A stretch of DNA of 62,080 bases from Terriglobia bacterium (GCA_035516075.1 DATJAQ010000137.1:1-62080), one strand, 5' to 3'. Numbered from the stretch's first letter, positions 9,638-20,219 are shown. The notes: a model not told the origin generated them from the sequence alone. Made by a program: numbers and translations.

Positions 9638-10336
9638 ATGCAGGTCCACCTCAAGATCCGGCGATTCAACCCTGAAAAAGACGAGCAGGCCTGGTGGGGT
9701 CATTACACGGTCGAGGCCGAGCCCACGGACCGGCTGCTGGACGCGCTCAACCACGTGAAGTGGTATCTCGATGGCACCCTTACCTACCGGCGATCCTGTG
9801 CGCACGGTGTCTGCGGCTCCGACGCCATGCTGGTGAACGGCGCAAACGCGCTCGCCTGCAAGGTGCTCCTGAAGAGTCTCGGCGCGTCCATTACAATTGA
9901 GCCTTTGCGGGGCCTGCCAGTGATCAAGGACCTGCTGGTGGATCTCGAAGGCTTCTTCGCCAAATACCGCCAGGTAAAACCCTACTTCATCACCCACTCA
10001 GCCACGCCTCACAAGGAGCGCTTGCAAACGCCGGAGGAGCGCGAGATCTACGACGACACCACCAAGTGCATCTTGTGCGCGGCGTGCACCACCTCCTGCC
10101 CTTCCTTCTGGGGGGACCCCGACTACGTGGGCCCTGCCGCCATCGTGAACGCGGCGCGGTTCATCTTCGACAGCCGCGACGAAGGCGCCGAGGAGCGCCT
10201 GGAAGTGCTCGGCTCGGCGGACGGCGTCTGGCGCTGCCGCACCATCTTCAACTGCGTGGAAGCCTGTCCGCGTGGCATCGACGTCACCCGGGCGATCGGC
10301 CAGGTGAAAAAGGCGCTGCTCTACCGCAAGACCTAA
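9638..10336 (+). CDS. sdhB: succinate dehydrogenase iron-sulfur subunit
   Basis: The three Fe-S cysteine clusters are present: CAHGVCGSDAMLVNG, CILCAACTTSCP and CRTIFNCVEACPRGI. Confidence 0.95.
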   Translation: MQVHLKIRRFNPEKDEQAWWGHYTVEAEPTDRLLDALNHVKWYLDGTLTYRRSCAHGVCGSDAMLVNGANALACKVLLKSLGASITIEPLRGLPVIKDLLVDLEGFFAKYRQVKPYFITHSATPHKERLQTPEEREIYDDTTKCILCAACTTSCPSFWGDPDYVGPAAIVNAARFIFDSRDEGAEERLEVLGSADGVWRCRTIFNCVEACPRGIDVTRAIGQVKKALLYRKT

Positions 10337-10403
10337 CGCCCTTCCGGGACGATGATCTCGGACTTTGCGCCTGCTCCGAGCACGCTCACCGAATTGCCGG
10401 CCA

Positions 10404-11153
10404 ATGACCGCAGAACAAGTTCTCGACCGCCTCCGCGCCCTCGCCAGCGCGGCGGTAGTGCGCAGCCTGGCCCGTTTCGCCATTCCCACCAACAACGCGC
10501 TCGGCGTCTCCACACTTCCGCAACGAAAACTTGCGCGGGAGATCGGCCGCAGCCACGCCCTCGCCCAGGCGCTCTGGAAGACGGGCATTCTGGAAGCGCG
10601 CGGCATCGCAGCACTGATTGATGACGCCACGCTCGTTACCGAAGCGCAGGCGGAGAGGTGGGTGCGCGATTTCGATTCCTGGGCCGTCTGCGACGGCTGC
10701 TGTTTCGAGCTCTTCGACAAGACGCCCTTCGCCTGGCGCAAGGCGCTCGAATGGAGCCGGCGCGAGCGCGAATTTGAAAAGCGCGCCGGCTTCGCGCTCA
10801 TGGCCGCCCTGGCGCGCCACGATCGCGGCGCGGCCGATGCCAGGTTCAAGAGGTTTCTCGCGGCGATTCGGCGTGAGTCGGGAGACCCGCGAAACTTCGT
10901 CCGGAAGGCAGTCAACTGGGCTCTGCGGGAAATCGGCAAGCGCAACTTGAGGTTGAACCGCGTGGCCGTGCGCGAAGCTCGCGAGATCCGCGCTCTCGGC
11001 ACTCCGAGCGCGCGTTGGATCGCCGCCGACGCCCTGCGCGAACTGACGAGCGCCGCGGTGCAGCTTCGCCTTAAGGCAAAGAGCAAGGGCCGTGGCCAGG
11101 TTCAGACCAGGAGGAAGCGTCTCAGCAAGCGCCGCCGCGAGACCGATGTCTGA
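10404..11153 (+). CDS. DNA alkylation repair protein (AlkD/HEAT-like repeat family) with a basic C-terminal tail
   Basis: The N-terminus MTAEQVLDRLRALAS.. and the segments ..WVRDFDSWAVCDGCC.. and ..RNFVRKAVNWALREIGKRN are typical of the DNA_alkylation family. The start is moved to the ATG at 10404. Confidence 0.75.
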   Translation: MTAEQVLDRLRALASAAVVRSLARFAIPTNNALGVSTLPQRKLAREIGRSHALAQALWKTGILEARGIAALIDDATLVTEAQAERWVRDFDSWAVCDGCCFELFDKTPFAWRKALEWSRREREFEKRAGFALMAALARHDRGAADARFKRFLAAIRRESGDPRNFVRKAVNWALREIGKRNLRLNRVAVREAREIRALGTPSARWIAADALRELTSAAVQLRLKAKSKGRGQVQTRRKRLSKRRRETDV

Positions 11154-11188
11154 AGCCAAATCGCGAGCCCGGGGCGCGAGGAGTTGGA

Positions 11189-12250
11189 GTGCCTTTTCGC
11201 AATGAGGACGATCTCGTGCGTTGGTTGCAGCGCCGCTGGCCGGACCGCGCGACAAATGTGCGCCTCGGAATCGGCGACGACGCGGCCATCGTGAGTGTCA
11301 CTCGCGGCTCGGAGTTCGCGCTCACCACCGACCTCTCCATTGAAGGTGTCCATTTCCGGCGCGATCTCCACCCGCCGCGGGCCGTGGGGCATCGCGCCCT
11401 GGCGAGGGCGCTCAGTGACCTCGCCGCAGTGGGCGCCCGGCCGCGCTTCGCTCTGGTCTCGCTGGCCTTTCCGCCCGCCACCCGGCGCAGCTGGGTGAGC
11501 GGCTTCTACGACGGCGCGGGCGTATTGGCGCGTCGCCACGGCGTGGCGCTGATTGGCGGCGACACGGCGGTGGCGGAGGGCGGCGGCATCGTTGTTGACG
11601 TTGTGGCGGCTGGTGAGGTCAAGCGCGGGTTGGCGCTGCGCCGGGACGGCGCCCGGCCCGGCGACCTCCTTTACGTCACCGGCCGTCTCGGCATGGCTGC
11701 GCTCGGTCTGGAGATGCTCAAGTCAAACGCGCGCCGCGCCTCTACGACCAATCGGCGTGCGGAGGGCGGCGGGATCGTCCGCCAGGCACTGGGTGCGCAC
11801 CTTTATCCGGAGCCGCGCCTAGGCACCGGCCGTTATCTTGCAGCGCACCGCCTCGCCTCCGCGGCCATCGACGTGAGCGACGGTTTCGCACGCGACCTGG
11901 GCCGTCTTTGCGCGGCCAGCGCATGCGCGGCCATTGTGCGGGAAGAGAGCCTTCCCTTGCCCCGAAGCGGCACTCTCCTTACTTCATCGACAGGCCGGCC
12001 CCGCCAACAAACCGTCCGCGAGGCTCGCCTGGACCCGCTCGAGCTTGCCCTGCGCGGCGGCGAAGACTACGAACTGATCTTCACGGTGCCGCGCCCGCGA
12101 GCCGGGCGCCTGCCGCGCTCGATAAAGGGCGTCGCCCTGCACCAGATCGGCGAGATCCGGCGCGGCCGGGGCCTTCGGCTGCTGCTCCGCAGCGGCAGCG
12201 AGGTGCGTCTGGCGCCTCGCGGCTACGATCATTTCCGCAGGGCGAGGTAA
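11189..12250 (+). CDS. thiL: thiamine-monophosphate kinase
   Basis: The motifs LGIGDDAAIV, TTDLSIEGVHF and ALSDLAAVGARP, with GGDT following, form the AIR-synthase-like ThiL signature. The start codon is GTG. Confidence 0.85.
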   Translation: MPFRNEDDLVRWLQRRWPDRATNVRLGIGDDAAIVSVTRGSEFALTTDLSIEGVHFRRDLHPPRAVGHRALARALSDLAAVGARPRFALVSLAFPPATRRSWVSGFYDGAGVLARRHGVALIGGDTAVAEGGGIVVDVVAAGEVKRGLALRRDGARPGDLLYVTGRLGMAALGLEMLKSNARRASTTNRRAEGGGIVRQALGAHLYPEPRLGTGRYLAAHRLASAAIDVSDGFARDLGRLCAASACAAIVREESLPLPRSGTLLTSSTGRPRQQTVREARLDPLELALRGGEDYELIFTVPRPRAGRLPRSIKGVALHQIGEIRRGRGLRLLLRSGSEVRLAPRGYDHFRRAR

Positions 12251-12307
12251 TGGCCGGCGCACGTGGAAAAACAGCTTCCGGCCCACCGACAAGGCCTGAT
12301 CATTAAC

Positions 12308-14854
12308 TCATCGCGGGGTTTGGGGCGGGGCGGGGTCCCCGCCGGGAGCCGGCGCTCGGTCGCTGCGATCCTGCGCGGGTCGCTTTGGAGGCGGCACGGG
12401 TGCGGGAGCCGCTGGGGCTGGCGGAACCGAGGCATGCGGCGTGGCGCCAGGCGAGGGGCTTGCCGCCTCGGACTTGGCTGTGTTCGCCCCACCCGGCGCT
12501 GCGGCTGGCGCCGCGGCCGGTGTCCCCGCGAACGTCGCCGGCGATCCGCTCGGCGGCTTGCCGGAGGAGGCGGCCCGCTCGGCCAGGATCGATTCCGTTC
12601 CGCTGCTGGCCAGGATCTGGTCCACCACCTCGGGGCTGTTCAGAAGCGGCGCGTAGGGGAACTTCTCCGCCGGCCGGTCCTTGAGTGCGTCGGCCATGAA
12701 CTTCATCCAGATGGGGAGTGCCACGTGGGAGCCCTCTTCCTTGTCGCCGAGGGTTCGATGGTCGTCGAATCCCACCCATACGCCGCAGGTGATCCCGGGC
12801 GAAAAGCCGACGAACCACGCGTCGGTGAAATCGTTGGTGGTTCCTGTCTTCCCGCCCAGTTCATACTTCTGGGCCATGGCGCGGGCCCGCACGGCGGTTC
12901 CGGTGGGGTAGTCGATGTCTTCGCGCAGCATGGAAACCATCAGGCGCGCGATGGGCGCCGGGATCACGTCCGTCACCTCGGGCCGGAATTCATCGATCAC
13001 GCGGCCGTCGTAATCGGTGACGCGATCGATGCTGCGCGGCGTGATATGCAGGCCGTCGTCAGGAAAGGTGCTAAAGCCCGACGTGTGCTCAAGCAGCGTA
13101 AGGTCTGAGGCGCCGAGGGCCAGCGGCAGATTCGGCACCAGCCGGGAGGTGATGCCGAAGCGCCGGCAGAGCTTGATCACCTGGTCGACGCCCACCCGTG
13201 CCAGCAGCCGCACCGCCGGAACGTTGCGCGACTCGGCCAGCGCCCGCACCAGATCGATGGTGCCTTCATACTTGTTGTCGTAGTTGTGCGGAGCCCAGAC
13301 GCCGGAAGACGACGGAAAACTGATGGGACTATCCACGACAGTGTCGAAGGGCCTCAAGCCGTCCAAAAACGCCTGAGTGTACACGTAGACCTTAAAGGAC
13401 GAACCCACCTGCCGTTCGGCCTGGACGGCGCGGTTGAACTTGCTGGTGTTGAAATCGTACCCGCCCACCATGGCGCGGATGGCTCCGGTCGGGTTGTCGA
13501 GCACCACGGCAGCGCCCTGCACGCTCGGGTACTGATCGAGCGCTGCCTGCACCGCGCGGCCCTTCACGTCCTTGATCAAAAACAGGTCGACGTCCCCGGG
13601 GTGGAAAACTTGACGCGGATCAGACCTCCGGGTCCAGGCGAAGTCGGCGGGCGTCAGGCGCGCCGTGAAATCGCCGAACCGCACCAGGGCGGACTCTGCG
13701 CTGACGGAGAACACCAAACCGTGCTCCAGGTTCCCGGCTTCCGGCGGCAAACGCCAGTCCGCGTTCCCGTAAGTTTCAAGGGTGTCCGCACGGCCGCCGG
13801 CGCCCGTTGCCGCGGCGCTCAGGATGTTCTGCTCCGGGCCGCGCCAGCCGCGGCGCTTGTCGTCATCGCGCAAGCCCTGTTGCAAGGCCTGCTGGGCGTA
13901 GCGCTGAAGGTTGAGGTCGAGCGTTGTGTAGACCTTGAGCCCTTTTTCCTCGACCGCCTCCTCGCCGTAGCGCTTCTCCAGAAACTCGCGGACATCCTCC
14001 ACAAAATAAGGCGCCACGTTGTTGTTCCAATGCTGGACGTTCAGCCCGAGCGGCGCCCGGATGGCTTCGCGATACCGGGCGCGCGTGATCGTTCCGTTGG
14101 CGAGCATGGCCTCCAGCACGCGATTGCGTCGCTCCAGGCAGCGGTCCGGGTGGCGGATAGGCGAATAAATGTTGGGATTCTGCGGCAATCCCGCCAGCAT
14201 GGCAGCCTCGGGCAGACTGAGCTCGGTGAGGTGTTTTCCGTAGTAGAACTCGGACGCGGCCTCGAAACCGAAGTTGCCGTAGCCGAGCTCCATCTGGTTG
14301 GCGTACATGGTGAAGATCTGCGGCTTGGTGAAGTGCCGTTCGATCTGGATGGCGAGCAGCGCCTCCTCCACCTTACGCCTCCAGTTCTTCTCAGGGGTGA
14401 GGAAGAGCCGGCGGCTGAGCTGCTGGGTGAGGGTGCTCGCGCCTTGCGCCGCGCGCCACTCCATCAGATCCGTCACGGCCGCGCGCACGATGCGAATCAC
14501 GTCCACCCCGAAGTGGCTCTCAAAATGCCGGTCCTCGATGGAGAGCACGGCGTCGCGCATCACGGGCGGGATCTGATCGTAGGTGACGATCACGCGATGC
14601 TCGATCGCGAGCTCGGCAATCGGCGTGCCGTCCGCAGCGTAAAGCCCGGTCATCACGTCGGGGCGGTAGTTCTCCAGTTCCGCCACCTTGGGCAGGCTGG
14701 TGGTGTAAACGAACAGCAGCCCGGCCAGCACCCCCGCGCCGCCCGACAGCAGCACCAGGACTGCGAAGACGAACTGTCCGAAGATTCGGCGGCTACGGGC
14801 CCAGGGCGGCAGCGGCTGCGGGCGGTCTGGTCCCCGGGGTGGTGCGGCGGGCAT
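12308..14854 (-). CDS. class A penicillin-binding protein (PBP1A-type transglycosylase/transpeptidase) with a Pro/Ala-rich C-terminal tail
   Basis: The GT51 motifs are SIEDRHFESHFGVD and GASTLTQQL. The transpeptidase motifs are SSFK, SRN and KTGTT. Confidence 0.92.
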   Translation of the reverse strand: MPAAPPRGPDRPQPLPPWARSRRIFGQFVFAVLVLLSGGAGVLAGLLFVYTTSLPKVAELENYRPDVMTGLYAADGTPIAELAIEHRVIVTYDQIPPVMRDAVLSIEDRHFESHFGVDVIRIVRAAVTDLMEWRAAQGASTLTQQLSRRLFLTPEKNWRRKVEEALLAIQIERHFTKPQIFTMYANQMELGYGNFGFEAASEFYYGKHLTELSLPEAAMLAGLPQNPNIYSPIRHPDRCLERRNRVLEAMLANGTITRARYREAIRAPLGLNVQHWNNNVAPYFVEDVREFLEKRYGEEAVEEKGLKVYTTLDLNLQRYAQQALQQGLRDDDKRRGWRGPEQNILSAAATGAGGRADTLETYGNADWRLPPEAGNLEHGLVFSVSAESALVRFGDFTARLTPADFAWTRRSDPRQVFHPGDVDLFLIKDVKGRAVQAALDQYPSVQGAAVVLDNPTGAIRAMVGGYDFNTSKFNRAVQAERQVGSSFKVYVYTQAFLDGLRPFDTVVDSPISFPSSSGVWAPHNYDNKYEGTIDLVRALAESRNVPAVRLLARVGVDQVIKLCRRFGITSRLVPNLPLALGASDLTLLEHTSGFSTFPDDGLHITPRSIDRVTDYDGRVIDEFRPEVTDVIPAPIARLMVSMLREDIDYPTGTAVRARAMAQKYELGGKTGTTNDFTDAWFVGFSPGITCGVWVGFDDHRTLGDKEEGSHVALPIWMKFMADALKDRPAEKFPYAPLLNSPEVVDQILASSGTESILAERAASSGKPPSGSPATFAGTPAAAPAAAPGGANTAKSEAASPSPGATPHASVPPAPAAPAPVPPPKRPAQDRSDRAPAPGGDPAPPQTPR

Positions 14855-15117
14855 CGAGAGGCGACCTCATCCAGATTTTAGAGTCCGCACGAACAGCCGT
14901 CAAACCAAGGGGCAATCGCCGGCGAAACTGGCGGGCGAGACGGCCGGGCCGGAACCCGAGACGGTTCATCGCCTTTCTGCTCCGGGTTCGGAGGTCTGAG
15001 CAACAGGGAAAGGGATCAGAGGTGGCGCGCGCGAAGGAGCGGCAACTTGCCAAGTGCCCGGCAAGCGGGCTGCTCTGTGCCGAAAGCGCTTCCGGCGTCA
15101 CGGCCTGGGGCAGCGTT

Positions 15118-16683
15118 TTACGCGGTTAATTCGCCCTCTTCCGGCTCTGCGGGTTCGCGTGCCGGCTGCCACTTGAGCTTCAGCGCCAGCGCTTCCCGCG
15201 CCGTGTCCAGGATGGGACCCCAGTTCTCGAAGAGGAGCCGCACCCACTGCCGGCGCTTCATCTGAGGGAAATAGATGCCGCGAAAGGCCAGGCGCGAGCA
15301 GAGGTGGATGAGGCGATCGGCGAGGGGCTTGCCTTTCAGCTTTTTCAGGGCGCAGGCGATGGCCTGGGGCGAGTAGGAGCCTTGCCAGGCGTGCCGGACC
15401 TCAGCCTCCGCACCCTCGGACGTGAGTCCCAGCGGAGTGTGGGCCATCACGAAGGGCTTGAAGTCCAGCCAGTGTCTGGGCCGCGTCAAGCGGCCGGATG
15501 CGGCGAGCTTGTCGTAGAGGGGCGTGGCGGGATAAGGCGTCAGCAGACCAAACACCGGCAGCCCGGGCGGCCAAGTGCCAATCTGCTCCAGCGTCCGATC
15601 GGCGGCGCCGGGACGGTCGCCGTCCATTCCGAAGATGAACGAAGTAATGGCGTAGAGATCGTGCCTCTGGAGACGTTCGAGGATCGTTCCATACTCGGCG
15701 GGCTTGTTGAACCCCTTGGAAACGCTCTTCAGATTTTCGGGGTCGATCGACTCCAGGCCCATAAAGATCCACTTGCCGCCGCTTTCGGCGATCAGCGAAA
15801 CCAGTTCTTCGTCGCGCAGCAGGTTCATGCTGATCTGCGCCACCCACGGAAGCTGCGCGTCGCGGGCGATGATCTCGCGCAATAGCGACTTGATCCGCCG
15901 CGGGTTGATGGCCAGATTGTCGTCGATGAAGAAGACGGCGATCTGGCCGTGCCTGCGCTTGCCGAGCGACTTCAGCAGCAGAAGCTCGTTCACCACGCTT
16001 TCGTTCGAGCGGAAGCGAATGGAGTCGCCGAAGAAGCCGGTCACGGTGCAGAATTCGCAGCCGTATGGACAGCCGCGGCCCGACTCGATGGGGATGAGGT
16101 GGAAGCTCTGCCAGGTCATGCCGAGCCGGGTGAGCAAGCGCCGCACCAGCGGCGGGAAGCGCCGGATCAGGTCAAACTGGTCGAGGTCCATGCGATCCCA
16201 AGGAATCTCCGGGTAGTCGTCGAGCGAAGGCTTCACTTCCTTGCCCGAGACGTCCACGGGCAGGTAAACCTCCTGCAGATTGCCGCGCGCGGCGTCCTCC
16301 ACGATCCGGGGCCACGTCTGGTCCGCTTCGCCGAGGGCGATGGCGTCGGCGTGGCGCGGCCCGCCATCGCGGCCCAGCGGCTCGTCCGGAACCTCGGTGA
16401 CGTGAGGTCCGCCCATCACCACCGGAACGCCCGCGGCGCGCACGGCGTCGGCCATGCGGTAGGCCTTCGCGGCCATGCGCGTCATGGCGCCAATCCCCAC
16501 CAAGCCGATCTGATGCTCCCGGATATACTGCACCAGATCCGGTTCGCTCATGCGGCGCGCGTTGCCGTCCAGCAGGAAGACGTTATGATGGGCAGGCGTG
16601 AGCGACTTGAGAAGAAACATCCACAAGTGCGGCATGAAATTGTTGGTGACTTCGTTGTCGGGATTGTACAGCAGGATGTTCAT
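15118..16683 (-). CDS. B12-binding-domain radical SAM protein, substrate unknown
   Basis: The N-terminal region is cobalamin-binding-like (GIGAMTRMAAKAYRMADAVRAAGVPVVMGGPH). The radical SAM cluster motif is GCPYGCEFC (CxxxCxxC). Confidence 0.85.
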   Translation of the reverse strand: MNILLYNPDNEVTNNFMPHLWMFLLKSLTPAHHNVFLLDGNARRMSEPDLVQYIREHQIGLVGIGAMTRMAAKAYRMADAVRAAGVPVVMGGPHVTEVPDEPLGRDGGPRHADAIALGEADQTWPRIVEDAARGNLQEVYLPVDVSGKEVKPSLDDYPEIPWDRMDLDQFDLIRRFPPLVRRLLTRLGMTWQSFHLIPIESGRGCPYGCEFCTVTGFFGDSIRFRSNESVVNELLLLKSLGKRRHGQIAVFFIDDNLAINPRRIKSLLREIIARDAQLPWVAQISMNLLRDEELVSLIAESGGKWIFMGLESIDPENLKSVSKGFNKPAEYGTILERLQRHDLYAITSFIFGMDGDRPGAADRTLEQIGTWPPGLPVFGLLTPYPATPLYDKLAASGRLTRPRHWLDFKPFVMAHTPLGLTSEGAEAEVRHAWQGSYSPQAIACALKKLKGKPLADRLIHLCSRLAFRGIYFPQMKRRQWVRLLFENWGPILDTAREALALKLKWQPAREPAEPEEGELTA

Positions 16684-17128
16684 CCGCGTGAGACTCCCTT
16701 CGACGCTCGGCTGGGGCCTGGAAGTGCGGGCTGCATTCTACCCTAAATCCAGGCACGAGCGGACTCTTAAACACAAAACGAGCGTTGAGCGGCTGTGTAG
16801 GATAGGACCTGGGATCGTCTCGAGTTTCGGGAGGCTCCCGGAGGGGCACCGCGCATCCCGCCGCGCTCTAACCGCCTGATGCTTCGCTGGCATTATGGAG
16901 AATCTTAAGCTACGAGCCCATGCGGGAGATTACGTTCATTGCGGGGAATTACGTAATAGAGGGCAGAGATGGCTATCACTTGCGCTGGAGGTTCCGCGCC
17001 GCGGTCAGTCTCGCCGCGACCGACGGCCGCGGGCCCAGTTGCCGAAGCGCCCGCTGTGGCCATACTTTCGAATCCGGGGTACGCGCACGGTTTCAGCGGG
17101 GCGGGAGGGGTTCGGCTGCCACCCACGC

Positions 17129-18157
17129 CTACTGGATCTTGCAGTAATCGATAAGGTCGTTCGCCACTTTCTCGGCGCCGTCCAATGTCTCGGGCAGTGC
17201 GTGGCCAGCGTCGGCCACACAGTCGATACTCTTCTTGGTGGTGATCAAGTCCACCCAGTCCGTGCCCTGCGGCACCGCGGCGGTGGAGTCCTGGCCGCCG
17301 AATACCACGTGCACGTCGGTGGTGGGATAGGTGTAGGACGCCGTCGAAGAGTCAATGCTGTCGTAGAAGAATTGCCCCTTGTGGGCGGTGCTATGGGTCT
17401 CCACGGCGGTGGAACACCAGGTGTTGCCGTAGGCGGGGTCGACGAACTTCTCCGCATTCCCCAGACCGTAACACCAACTCAACAGCCCCTCGCCGCAGGG
17501 CGTCGCTGTCACCGGCCGGTTGCAGATGCAGCCGTAGTCCAGGCGCGAGAACACCGGGCCGCTCGTGGCCTCCACCATCGCGAAGACACTGCCCATGCCG
17601 TAGTGGGCCAAGGCGTAGCCGATGGCGCCGGCGCCCCCGCTGTTGCCGGTGGGGCAGAACGGCGCTGCGCCTCCCCCTTGGTGGAGGTTGGTGTAAATCC
17701 ACTGGTTGGCGGTGGCGTAACGGCAGGAGAGATTCAGCGGCCCGCCGGGCCCGGTGAGCCAACCGGCCGAGTTGTGATTGAAGGCGATCTCAACAGCCGT
17801 ATACCCGGCGGCAACCACATCTTCGATGGCTGTACCGCCGTAATAGAACGCGGTTTCGTAGAACCCCATGTCGCCGCCTCCGGAGGCGAAGGTGACGGTG
17901 CCGATGGGCGTCCCCATCGGCGCGATGACCTTGAGCCTGGCGGTGATGGGTGCGATGCCTTCCGCCGCGCAGCCGATATCCAGGTCATAACAGGCGGTAG
18001 CTTGCAATCCGCCCGGCGCGCACTTGACCAGCATCCCTGTTGCCGTTCCGAGCGGCAACGGTTTCCCGGTCGCCACCAGAAGTCTGCTCGAAGGCACGCC
18101 GGCGAGCACGAGTAGAAGCGCACTGGCAAGGTAGGGAGAGAAAGATCGGGTCCTCAT
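17129..18157 (-). CDS. secreted Cys-rich alpha/beta-hydrolase-like protein (putative carbohydrate esterase)
   Basis: The start is moved to the ATG at 18157 (MRTRSFSPYLASALLLVLAG, signal-peptide-like; GGAGG lies 8 nt upstream). A GNSGG nucleophile-elbow-like motif is present. The gene is adjacent to a glycosidase gene. Confidence 0.55.
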   Translation of the reverse strand: MRTRSFSPYLASALLLVLAGVPSSRLLVATGKPLPLGTATGMLVKCAPGGLQATACYDLDIGCAAEGIAPITARLKVIAPMGTPIGTVTFASGGGDMGFYETAFYYGGTAIEDVVAAGYTAVEIAFNHNSAGWLTGPGGPLNLSCRYATANQWIYTNLHQGGGAAPFCPTGNSGGAGAIGYALAHYGMGSVFAMVEATSGPVFSRLDYGCICNRPVTATPCGEGLLSWCYGLGNAEKFVDPAYGNTWCSTAVETHSTAHKGQFFYDSIDSSTASYTYPTTDVHVVFGGQDSTAAVPQGTDWVDLITTKKSIDCVADAGHALPETLDGAEKVANDLIDYCKIQ

Positions 18158-18382
18158 TATTAATCCTCCCCGCAGAATCTCGGCCGCAGCCCCCTTCGGC
18201 CCGAAGCGTCTTGGCGGGCCTTCAAGGATCGGTCGGCGAACAAGACATCTTGCACAATACACCTGCACGCGGCGGGATGTCAGTCCCCGTCGTCGTCATG
18301 CCCCGAAATCGGGCGCCTGATCCCGTTGCTACCTCCAAGCTTATTTCCGCGTCGGATGGGCCCGGCCAGTCTCGCGCTCGCC

Positions 18383-19897
18383 TCACTTCGCGAGCGTCAC
18401 CACCGCTACGCCAAATCCCCCGAGCCTGAAACTTGAGCCTGCGATCGGGATGGCCGCCGGCGGGTTCGAGCCGGTGGCGAGGTCGATCATTTCCACATTC
18501 GCTCCCGCGGGCTCGGGCGGCTCCACCTCGAACTCCCGCTCGCGCTTGTTGATGAGAAGCACCTTCCGTTCTCCACCTGGAGTCACGAGCGCCTGCACCG
18601 TGACGTATCCCGAATCGCTGGAACTCTCCACCAGCTTGTCGCCGGGCCGGAAGTTGTCGAGGATCAGCTTCAGCACCCAGTAGCGCGCGTTCGGTTGGGC
18701 TGTGTCCCAATCGAGCATGGCGATGCTCGGCCACATGCCGGGCGCGTTGGGAATGGACGATTCGCCCGCCGCATCGATGCCGAGACGCGCCAGTCCCACG
18801 AAAACGTAGGCGAAAGTCGCCGCCGAGAGATTCCAGTAGTCGGGCCGAATGGGCTTGAAAACGTAACCGGGGCTCGTCTGCGCCCAGTCGTCCGGAAGCA
18901 TGGTGCCGATCTCATTCACCATGGTCCCCGTGCGGGGCGAGAGCATTTTGCGAATGGCTTCAATGTAGCCGACGTCCTCCAGGAACCGGTCGGCCTGGTC
19001 GAAGTAGGTGAACTGCTGTGCCTCGGGAGGCTCGTCGGCGTTCGGTACGGCGTAGAAGTGGTACGAGATCATGTCGAGCGGAATCCCGGGTTTGTGATGC
19101 TTGGGGTTGAGGAAATAGGTGACGTACTCCGGATGGGCGCCGATGTACGAATGCGAAATGCCCACGAACTTTGTTTGCGGCGAGACCCTGTGAATCGCTT
19201 CCACGACGGCGTCGTACAGTCTGGTGTAGGTCTCCACGCTGAACTGGTGTTCGAGGTCGGGCTCGTTGAACACTTCCCAATAGTCCACTTTGTAGTGGTG
19301 CCCCGATTCGTGCCGTTTGCCGCGCTCGTCGGTGAATCCGCCCTGCACGTACCACGAGACCACGCGCGCAAAATAATCGGCCACTTCCCGATAAGTGGGA
19401 TCGCGCAGCTCCTTGCCTTGCTCGTAATCCCAGTCCACTTTCGTCAGGTCCGCGGGATAGGCCACCCGTTTCGGCGTCTTGAACATCCACTCCGGGATGG
19501 TGGTGAAGTTCAGCACCACGGGATGCCCCGCCAGCGCCCCCAGCGCATCCTCGACGACCGGGTCGATGTGGGAAAAGTCCCAGGACGTTGAAGTGGCCGT
19601 GGGCGGTTCCAGCTCGGCAATGCCCATGTGGGGAAAGAGGTAACCGGTTCCCGTGTAGCGCACGTCGTTGGCGCCAAGATCCTTCACCCTCTGAAGGATC
19701 TGGTCGTGCAGCGGGGTGCCGCGCATCGTCATCGGCGACGAGCCTAACAACAAGGTGGGCTCGGTTCGCGAGACGCGAATCACATTGCCCCACTGAACCT
19801 GAACCTTGACGGGCGGGTCCGCCGCCCCAAGGCCGGCGGCAGCGAACAACAGAACAAGCACGAACGACGAACACACGACACGCAGACGGCGGCACAT
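18383..19897 (-). CDS. secreted clan GH-A (TIM-barrel) glycoside hydrolase, GH39-like
   Basis: YWEVFNEPD provides the acid/base NEP motif. The signal peptide MCRRLRVVCSSFVLVLLFAAAGLGA follows the ATG at 19897. Confidence 0.75.
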   Translation of the reverse strand: MCRRLRVVCSSFVLVLLFAAAGLGAADPPVKVQVQWGNVIRVSRTEPTLLLGSSPMTMRGTPLHDQILQRVKDLGANDVRYTGTGYLFPHMGIAELEPPTATSTSWDFSHIDPVVEDALGALAGHPVVLNFTTIPEWMFKTPKRVAYPADLTKVDWDYEQGKELRDPTYREVADYFARVVSWYVQGGFTDERGKRHESGHHYKVDYWEVFNEPDLEHQFSVETYTRLYDAVVEAIHRVSPQTKFVGISHSYIGAHPEYVTYFLNPKHHKPGIPLDMISYHFYAVPNADEPPEAQQFTYFDQADRFLEDVGYIEAIRKMLSPRTGTMVNEIGTMLPDDWAQTSPGYVFKPIRPDYWNLSAATFAYVFVGLARLGIDAAGESSIPNAPGMWPSIAMLDWDTAQPNARYWVLKLILDNFRPGDKLVESSSDSGYVTVQALVTPGGERKVLLINKREREFEVEPPEPAGANVEMIDLATGSNPPAAIPIAGSSFRLGGFGVAVVTLAK

Positions 19898-20219
19898 GGC
19901 ATGATCCCCCTCGGGCGTAGCATCGACCCTCGAAGCCCAGCCCGAAACGTTTGAGTGGCGGTGGCGCGGACGGCTGCAGGCTGATGCCTCCGCCACGACC
20001 CGGAACCATCATAGCGCGCGTTCCGGGCGATCGAGCGTCTTCGAGGGCATCGAGGAGGCGGCTGCTCGAGCAACTTGCTCAGGACCTCGCCGGTGCATTC
20101 GGAGGGAGTCCACCGACCCGCATAACCGCTCGTGGAAGACGCATGCCCGGGTTGAACGGCAGCCCGGCCTGATCCTCGCACGGCGGAGTGTGCGGTGCTT
20201 GCAGTTGGGCTCGTGTTGC

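Noticed and set aside
17067-17075. tRNA T-loop-like TTCGAATCC
   Set aside because: The flanking bases (atact / ggggt) cannot form a T-stem, and no acceptor or anticodon arms can be drawn around it.
16684-17128. Cobalamin riboswitch upstream of the B12-binding radical SAM gene
   Set aside because: I read the minus-strand leader for the conserved B12-box region (GCCACTG context) and the GGTGCC / AGGGAA core pattern. Only an isolated GGTGCC and a GCCACAG were found, with no coherent match.
13286-18115. Long ORFs 13286-14881(+), 15949-16746(+) and 16895-18115(+), antisense to the PBP1A, rSAM and esterase genes
   Set aside because: They have the same compositional signature. Each overlaps a gene with clear family motifs on the other strand.
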